Of a stretch of DNA of 64,000 nucleotides, positions 59,141 to 64,000 are shown piece by piece. A model generated the notes under the pieces. That model had not been told where the DNA came from, ran no database searches, and was given only the letters and a program-made list of their open reading frames with translations. Source of the stretch: an uncultured virus (IMG/VR IMGVR_UViG_3300025653_003319) (lineage: Duplodnaviria > Heunggongvirae > Uroviricota > Caudoviricetes); IMG/VR virus record IMGVR_UViG_3300025653_003319. One strand, written 5' to 3'. The position numbers and the translations under genes are program-made. Each line of letters starts with the position of its first letter. The first letter of the stretch is position 1.

Positions 59141-60516
59141 AAGTAGCAGTACACCAAAACGATCCTACAAAAGAAATTAACGAAGAGTTACAGCAACACT
59201 TCTTTAAAGAAGATTCTGTTTTTATGCAACTATGCTGGAATAGAATTATACATCAACGAACACATAGTTACTTAAAAGAACTTAACGAAGATATGATTAC
59301 TATGAATGTGTATGATGCAGATACAAAAGGCCTTGTTCCTTTTGAAATAATAGAAGAAAGTGATACTAGCAAGATAAGAGAATATGATGTTTTTGTAATT
59401 CATCCAAGTGCATTAGCACGGCTCAACACCAAGGAGATAGAATATTTAGTTAATAGTAAAAAAACTCGTGTAGTGCTAGACTACTTGTTTGAGGCAGAAA
59501 TAGATACTTATATGCCTCTTATAACAACAATAAAAGACTATATTGGTACACCTGATAACTGGATGTTGCTTGTAGGCGGCGACATTGTGTCTAATGACGA
59601 GGATTTACTACTAAGGTTCAAAGAAAAAACTTCAGTAGACTTAGGCTTTTTTAACTACTTTAGAATTAACGAAGCATGTATCGGTAAAGAAAAATTACGT
59701 GACGGAAAGTATAGTATTGATACTATACAGAAAAATTTTAGAGCACAAAAAAAATATGATTTTTTATGTTTAAATCTCAAACCAAGATTTCATAGAATAG
59801 CATTAATTAAATGGCTAAAAGAAAGAGGAATGACAAATCGAAATCTTGTTACTGCTAGATGGGGATATCAACAACCAACAAAACGAGCAGACGAGTTCTA
59901 TGAAATAAAAAATTCGCATGGATTTTTTCAAGAACTAGAATCAGGCGACTATTCAGAAAGGCTTAGAAGAGAGTGTACATTTTATAACGAAACACCTGAA
60001 ACATTGTTACAATTTGTTAAAGAAAACACAGAAGAATTAATTATTCCTGTTATGCAAGACATCTATCAGAAAAGCGACGATAGATCATTTATTAATGATG
60101 TATATAAAGATACATATTATTCTTTAGTAACCGAAACATATTACGATGATGAATTTATTAATCAGTTACCAGATATGCCAGAGGAATATAATCATAATTT
60201 AAAGAGAGCATTCGTTACTGAAAAAACATATAAGCCTCTAATGTATGGTCACCCTTACATGGTAATTGGAAATATAGACACAAATACAGTTCTAAAAAAT
60301 CAAGGATTTGAAACATTTGATAGTGAGTTCGATATAAGTTACGACACACTCAATGACAAAAACAGATATAACGCAATATTAAGTAATGCTATGACATTTG
60401 ACTATGAAAGATTTGATTACCATACACTAGGTAAAATTGTACATAACTTTCATAACTTTTACGACAATAGAAAATTACTAGAACACATGGATACATTATG
60501 GAAAATAATACAGTAA
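59131..60516 (+). CDS. putative glycosyltransferase-like protein (GT10-like 'TEK' family), paralog 2
   Basis: FLCLN...RFHR, LVTET...FVTEKTYKPLMYGHP...GFETF....DISYD. Confidence 0.55.
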   Translation: MRMKVAVHQNDPTKEINEELQQHFFKEDSVFMQLCWNRIIHQRTHSYLKELNEDMITMNVYDADTKGLVPFEIIEESDTSKIREYDVFVIHPSALARLNTKEIEYLVNSKKTRVVLDYLFEAEIDTYMPLITTIKDYIGTPDNWMLLVGGDIVSNDEDLLLRFKEKTSVDLGFFNYFRINEACIGKEKLRDGKYSIDTIQKNFRAQKKYDFLCLNLKPRFHRIALIKWLKERGMTNRNLVTARWGYQQPTKRADEFYEIKNSHGFFQELESGDYSERLRRECTFYNETPETLLQFVKENTEELIIPVMQDIYQKSDDRSFINDVYKDTYYSLVTETYYDDEFINQLPDMPEEYNHNLKRAFVTEKTYKPLMYGHPYMVIGNIDTNTVLKNQGFETFDSEFDISYDTLNDKNRYNAILSNAMTFDYERFDYHTLGKIVHNFHNFYDNRKLLEHMDTLWKIIQ

Positions 60517-62081
60517 AATTTGTAAACATAACAGGCAATGCAATACTAGAATATAAATCTCAACACCCAGAGGAAATGTATCCACCCACACATATTTTTC
60601 CTTTTACAGATCCAGGACCAGAAGCATCATGGAATGAATATCATGATTTTGATTTTGACATACTAACAGGCAACGGTGTTAAGAGATACAAATTAGATTG
60701 GCAGAATGCGTATATGATTGACCAATGGGAGTCTCAGCATTTTGCACACGAGCAAGATGGTATATTCAAAGAATTTTTAAAACACAATATGATTGTAGAA
60801 TCTATTTTAGATAGTTCTTATATTGGAAATATAGAGAATTATATAAATGATCAGGATTGTACATTAATTATAATTTTACATAGATTGTATTCGTATTCTT
60901 TGCCCTATAGTTTTTGGCGTAAGTGTCATGATATCGGTATAAAAGTAGCAATAGATAATTCGTTTGAAGCAGAAACATACAGTTTACATAAATTATTCTT
61001 TTGGCTCAACAGTTGTTTTGAAGACACAAGTTTTGTTAAATTACTTACATCACAATTTAATAATCAATTGCCAAAGGATCATAAAACTATTAAACAACAG
61101 ATCAAAGAACACTTTAAAATAGATTTAATAGAAATAGATTTTTTTATTTTACACGAACAAAACAATAAAATAGCATCAACGTCTAAACATAGTAGTCCTT
61201 TAGAATATGCTACATTCGAACCAGAAAAAATATATGTAGACAATAAACCTAAAAAGTTTTTATGTATGAATAACTATATGAAAGAGCATCGCTTTTTTAT
61301 TTTAAATCATTTAGTTAATACATTTGATAACGACGGAAATAGATTAATTGATAATTGTATTGCAAGTGCAAGATTTTCATTAGACCCTAATAAACCATTT
61401 TATAATCATGGTGTTGACAGAACCGACTACGAACATTTAAACCACCAATCAGAAATTATATTAGGTGAAAGACTTAACCAAGAAGAATTTGATAAGACAA
61501 GCGAATATTTACCTATTATTCTAGATGATGATTTAGAGGATAATAAATATGCTGTCAATCCTGACTTATTTAATAATGACAGTACATCACAGTACGAATT
61601 TAGAGATAGATGGGTTAATTGGAAATGGTATGCTAATACAGAAATAAGTTTAGTTACTGAAAGCAGTTATACTGCAAATTTAGTTTTACAAAAAGGTATA
61701 TTTCATCAGTACATACCTAAAAGCGATGGTTATCCATACTATGATCAAATACCACAAGAGATAGGATTTATAACAGAAAAAACATTGAAGCCTATTATGT
61801 ACGGTCACCCGTTCTTATTAATTACACACCCTGGTACACTAAGGCATTTAAGAAGCATAGGATTTGAAACTTTTCCAGAATGGTTTGATGAAAGTTACGA
61901 CGATATAGAACTCGATGACGAAAGATTTAAGGCTATTAAAAAACAAGTAACACACATTGCTAATACAACATTGCACATAGATGCAATCAAAGACAAGTTA
62001 GAACATAATAGACAACTGTTCTTTAATGCAAAAACCTGTGCTAGAATTTACGATAAATTAATAGATGACATTTTAAAATAG
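60498..62081 (+). CDS. putative glycosyltransferase-like protein (GT10-like 'TEK' family), paralog 3
   Basis: FLCMN....HR, LVTES...FITEKTLKPIMYGHPF...GFETFPEWFDESYD. Confidence 0.55.
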   Translation: MENNTVKFVNITGNAILEYKSQHPEEMYPPTHIFPFTDPGPEASWNEYHDFDFDILTGNGVKRYKLDWQNAYMIDQWESQHFAHEQDGIFKEFLKHNMIVESILDSSYIGNIENYINDQDCTLIIILHRLYSYSLPYSFWRKCHDIGIKVAIDNSFEAETYSLHKLFFWLNSCFEDTSFVKLLTSQFNNQLPKDHKTIKQQIKEHFKIDLIEIDFFILHEQNNKIASTSKHSSPLEYATFEPEKIYVDNKPKKFLCMNNYMKEHRFFILNHLVNTFDNDGNRLIDNCIASARFSLDPNKPFYNHGVDRTDYEHLNHQSEIILGERLNQEEFDKTSEYLPIILDDDLEDNKYAVNPDLFNNDSTSQYEFRDRWVNWKWYANTEISLVTESSYTANLVLQKGIFHQYIPKSDGYPYYDQIPQEIGFITEKTLKPIMYGHPFLLITHPGTLRHLRSIGFETFPEWFDESYDDIELDDERFKAIKKQVTHIANTTLHIDAIKDKLEHNRQLFFNAKTCARIYDKLIDDILK

Positions 62082-62094
62082 CATAAATACTGTT

Positions 62095-62271
62095 ATGAAC
62101 GACTACAAGAAAACACAGAAAGAACTCACAGAACTTAATCATGACGGCAATGAGGATCGAGACGAACACGGTAACGATACTTCGGAACAGTCAAAACTGA
62201 CAGAGAAAGAAAAACTTATACAAAAGAAGTTAGAAGAATTGAGAAAAAGAGACCCTTTTATTTACAGATAA
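62095..62271 (+). CDS. small protein ending ELRKRDPFIYR (not in ORF track)
   Basis: 58 aa; TAAATA 5 nt upstream of the ATG; stop 4 nt before the carbamoyltransferase start; paralog of 5459-5602. Confidence 0.72.
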   Translation: MNDYKKTQKELTELNHDGNEDRDEHGNDTSEQSKLTEKEKLIQKKLEELRKRDPFIYR

Positions 62272-62275
62272 TAAA

Positions 62276-63814
62276 ATGCGTATTCTCGGTTTAAGTTTTT
62301 TATTTCATGATGCCGCCGCCACCGTTGTAGAAGATGGCGAAATTCTGTATGCTTCACATTCCGAAAGATACAGCAAATTCAAAAACGACCCATACTTAAA
62401 TCACGATATGATTGCTGACTGCTTAAAGTTTGGCAAGCCAGATGTAATTGTATTACACGAAAAACCATGGGCAAAAAAACTAAGAAATATATATGCAGGT
62501 AATTGGAGAGCATTACTAGAACCAACAATGAAATCATGGATCAAAGATTTTTTCCCAGAGTTACATGGCATTCCAATTAAAACTTACTGGCATCACGAAA
62601 CACATGCCGCCGCTGGTGTATTAACTAGTGACTTTGATGAGTGTGCTGTGATATGTATTGATGCTATAGGCGAATTCGATACTGCAACTACATGGCAATG
62701 GAAGAAAGGTAATCTTAAGAAAATACACAGCACAAAATTTCCTAGCAGTCTAGGATTATTTTATAGTGCTATGACGGCCCATGTTGGTCTGAAACCAATG
62801 GAAGACGAATATGTTTTAATGGGCATGGCCGCATACGGTAAACCCATTTATGAAACTGCTATGCATCAAGAATTTTTTGTAGATGCTGATTGTAACGAAC
62901 CAGCAAATGTTATTGAAATGACAAAAAATTTGCAAAAGGGTGTGCCTGCTAATTATTTAGGCAGAGACAAATGTGCATTAATTGATGAATGGGGACATCA
63001 CAGTTTAGATTACGACATAGCCGCAAGTGCTCAGGCTGTAGCAGAAAAAAGAATATTCGAATATGCCAGACATGCCCTTGTAATGACAAATAGTAATAAC
63101 TTAGTGTTTATGGGCGGATGTGCGTTAAACTGTGTTGCTAATGGAAATTTACTTAAACTGTTTGGTAATGTACACATAATGCCTAACCCAGGTGATGCTG
63201 GAAGTAGTTTAGGTGCCGCGGCATTACATTACTACAACGAAACTAAAAAGAAAGTAAATTGGACTGGTGCATATTTAGGTAATAGTATTAGAGGCGATTA
63301 CCCTATTAAGAAATCATTAGCAAGTCTACTTAAAGGTGAAATATTTGGTATTGCTAATGGCCCTGCAGAGTTTGGCCCAAGAGCATTGGGTAACAGAACT
63401 TTGTGTGCTGACCCACGTGGTAATAAAATAAAAGACAAAGTAAACAAAATAAAACGTAGACAAGAGTTTAGACCTTTTGCACCAATTATATTAGAAGAGC
63501 ATGTACACGAATATTTTGAAATGCCAGGGCATATTAGTAATGCTCCTTATATGCAATTTGTTGCAAAATGCAAAAAGCCAAAAGAATTTCCAGCAATAGT
63601 CCATGCAGATGGTACAAGTCGAGTGCAAACAGTTAATGAATCTGAACACCCAGACTTGTATGAACTAATGACACAATTTTATAACGAGACAGGTTGCCCA
63701 ATGATACTGAATACTAGTTTAAATATCAAAGGCATGCCTATAGTCAATGATGAGAACGATGCCGCAGACTTCGAAGAAAAATATAACGTCCCAGTCCACA
63801 CTAAGGACGATTAA
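62276..63814 (+). CDS. O-carbamoyltransferase (NodU/CmcH/TobZ family)
   Basis: ILG....HDAAA, ER..K, HHETHAA, DAIGE, SLG.FY, MGMAAYG, GGCALN, EFGPRALGNR, FRPFAP, HADGTSRVQT, LNTSLN. Confidence 0.93.
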   Translation: MRILGLSFLFHDAAATVVEDGEILYASHSERYSKFKNDPYLNHDMIADCLKFGKPDVIVLHEKPWAKKLRNIYAGNWRALLEPTMKSWIKDFFPELHGIPIKTYWHHETHAAAGVLTSDFDECAVICIDAIGEFDTATTWQWKKGNLKKIHSTKFPSSLGLFYSAMTAHVGLKPMEDEYVLMGMAAYGKPIYETAMHQEFFVDADCNEPANVIEMTKNLQKGVPANYLGRDKCALIDEWGHHSLDYDIAASAQAVAEKRIFEYARHALVMTNSNNLVFMGGCALNCVANGNLLKLFGNVHIMPNPGDAGSSLGAAALHYYNETKKKVNWTGAYLGNSIRGDYPIKKSLASLLKGEIFGIANGPAEFGPRALGNRTLCADPRGNKIKDKVNKIKRRQEFRPFAPIILEEHVHEYFEMPGHISNAPYMQFVAKCKKPKEFPAIVHADGTSRVQTVNESEHPDLYELMTQFYNETGCPMILNTSLNIKGMPIVNDENDAADFEEKYNVPVHTKDD

Positions 63815-63995
63815 GAAAAAGTTACAAGGTAAGTGTACTACCTGTGGTGGAACTTTGCCGGATCATATTGGTGTATGTCCTGTATGGGGTAAACAATTAC
63901 AAGATCGTTATAACAAGATAAATGTTGAAGTACAGCATATTAGCACATTAGTACAAACAGTAGTAGACAACTTAGAAGCAGAAAGAAATGTATGA
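63747..63995 (+). CDS. hypothetical protein with CxxC...HxxxC motif
   Basis: CTTCGG...HIGVCP; start uncertain. Confidence 0.45.
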   Translation: MMRTMPQTSKKNITSQSTLRTIKKKLQGKCTTCGGTLPDHIGVCPVWGKQLQDRYNKINVEVQHISTLVQTVVDNLEAERNV

Positions 63996-64000
63996 TATTT

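Larger units (their letters stand above)
2722..62089. promoter_or_regulatory. dispersed T4-late-like TAAATA promoter family
   Basis: TAAATA just upstream of genes at 2722, 6856, 7251, 12875, 17573, 23802, 38501, 39225, 43398, 45330, 51323, 52865, 62084 (+) and at 17558-17565 and 39792-39797 (-); T4 late consensus is TATAAATA. Confidence 0.6.

Noticed and set aside
43410..63814. Resemblance of the enzyme set (amidinotransferase, carbamoyltransferase, sulfotransferases, GDSL, 2OG oxygenase) to a saxitoxin-type cluster
   Set aside because: No SxtA-like PKS/AONS core, the genes are scattered, and the only ACP lacks its Ser; family-level overlap does not support toxin synthesis.
1..64000. tRNA/rRNA genes and stop-codon reassignment
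   Set aside because: No cloverleaf seen in the few intergenic gaps (GGTTCGA hits near 17792 and 40170 are inside CDSs); genes are full-length and tightly packed under the standard code, with TAA, TAG and TGA all used as stops. A tRNAscan run would confirm.

Overview
A 64-kb, AT-rich, gene-dense segment, almost entirely + strand, from a large tailed dsDNA phage (distantly T4-like, probably aquatic). The host is probably Gram-negative, judging from the spanins and an outer-membrane beta-barrel. In order: (i) a Ser-less ACP-like gene, overlapping i/o-spanins, DnaJ, ClpA, an SGNH hydrolase and a T4-type lysozyme; (ii) virion fibre genes, including a collagen-like fibre; (iii) a replication block (DsbA-like protein, family-B DNA polymerase, sliding-clamp-like protein) running into a probable 7-deazaguanine DNA-modification region (TGT/DpdA-like, GT-B glycosyltransferase, QueD-like, sulfotransferases, GalE, PRTase, FolE, QueE; no QueC in the window); (iv) RNase H, glutaredoxin, an early region under near-identical sigma70 promoters (MoxR AAA + VWA, phosphoesterase, DNA ligase) and an amidinotransferase; (v) a sugar/small-molecule tailoring cluster (NDP-sugar dehydrogenase, 2OG-Fe oxygenase, PLP enzyme, two radical SAM proteins, three GT10-like paralogs, carbamoyltransferase). 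Non-coding highlights: two promoter classes (TTGAC-N17-TATAAT and T4-late-like TAAATA), many apparently leaderless genes, and a hairpin-plus-terminator element at 41.7 kb whose loop is exactly complementary to the GTAGGAG ribosome-binding site shared by the early genes. No tRNA, rRNA, CRISPR array or mobile element was recognised. All protein calls come from motif recognition by eye, not database searches.
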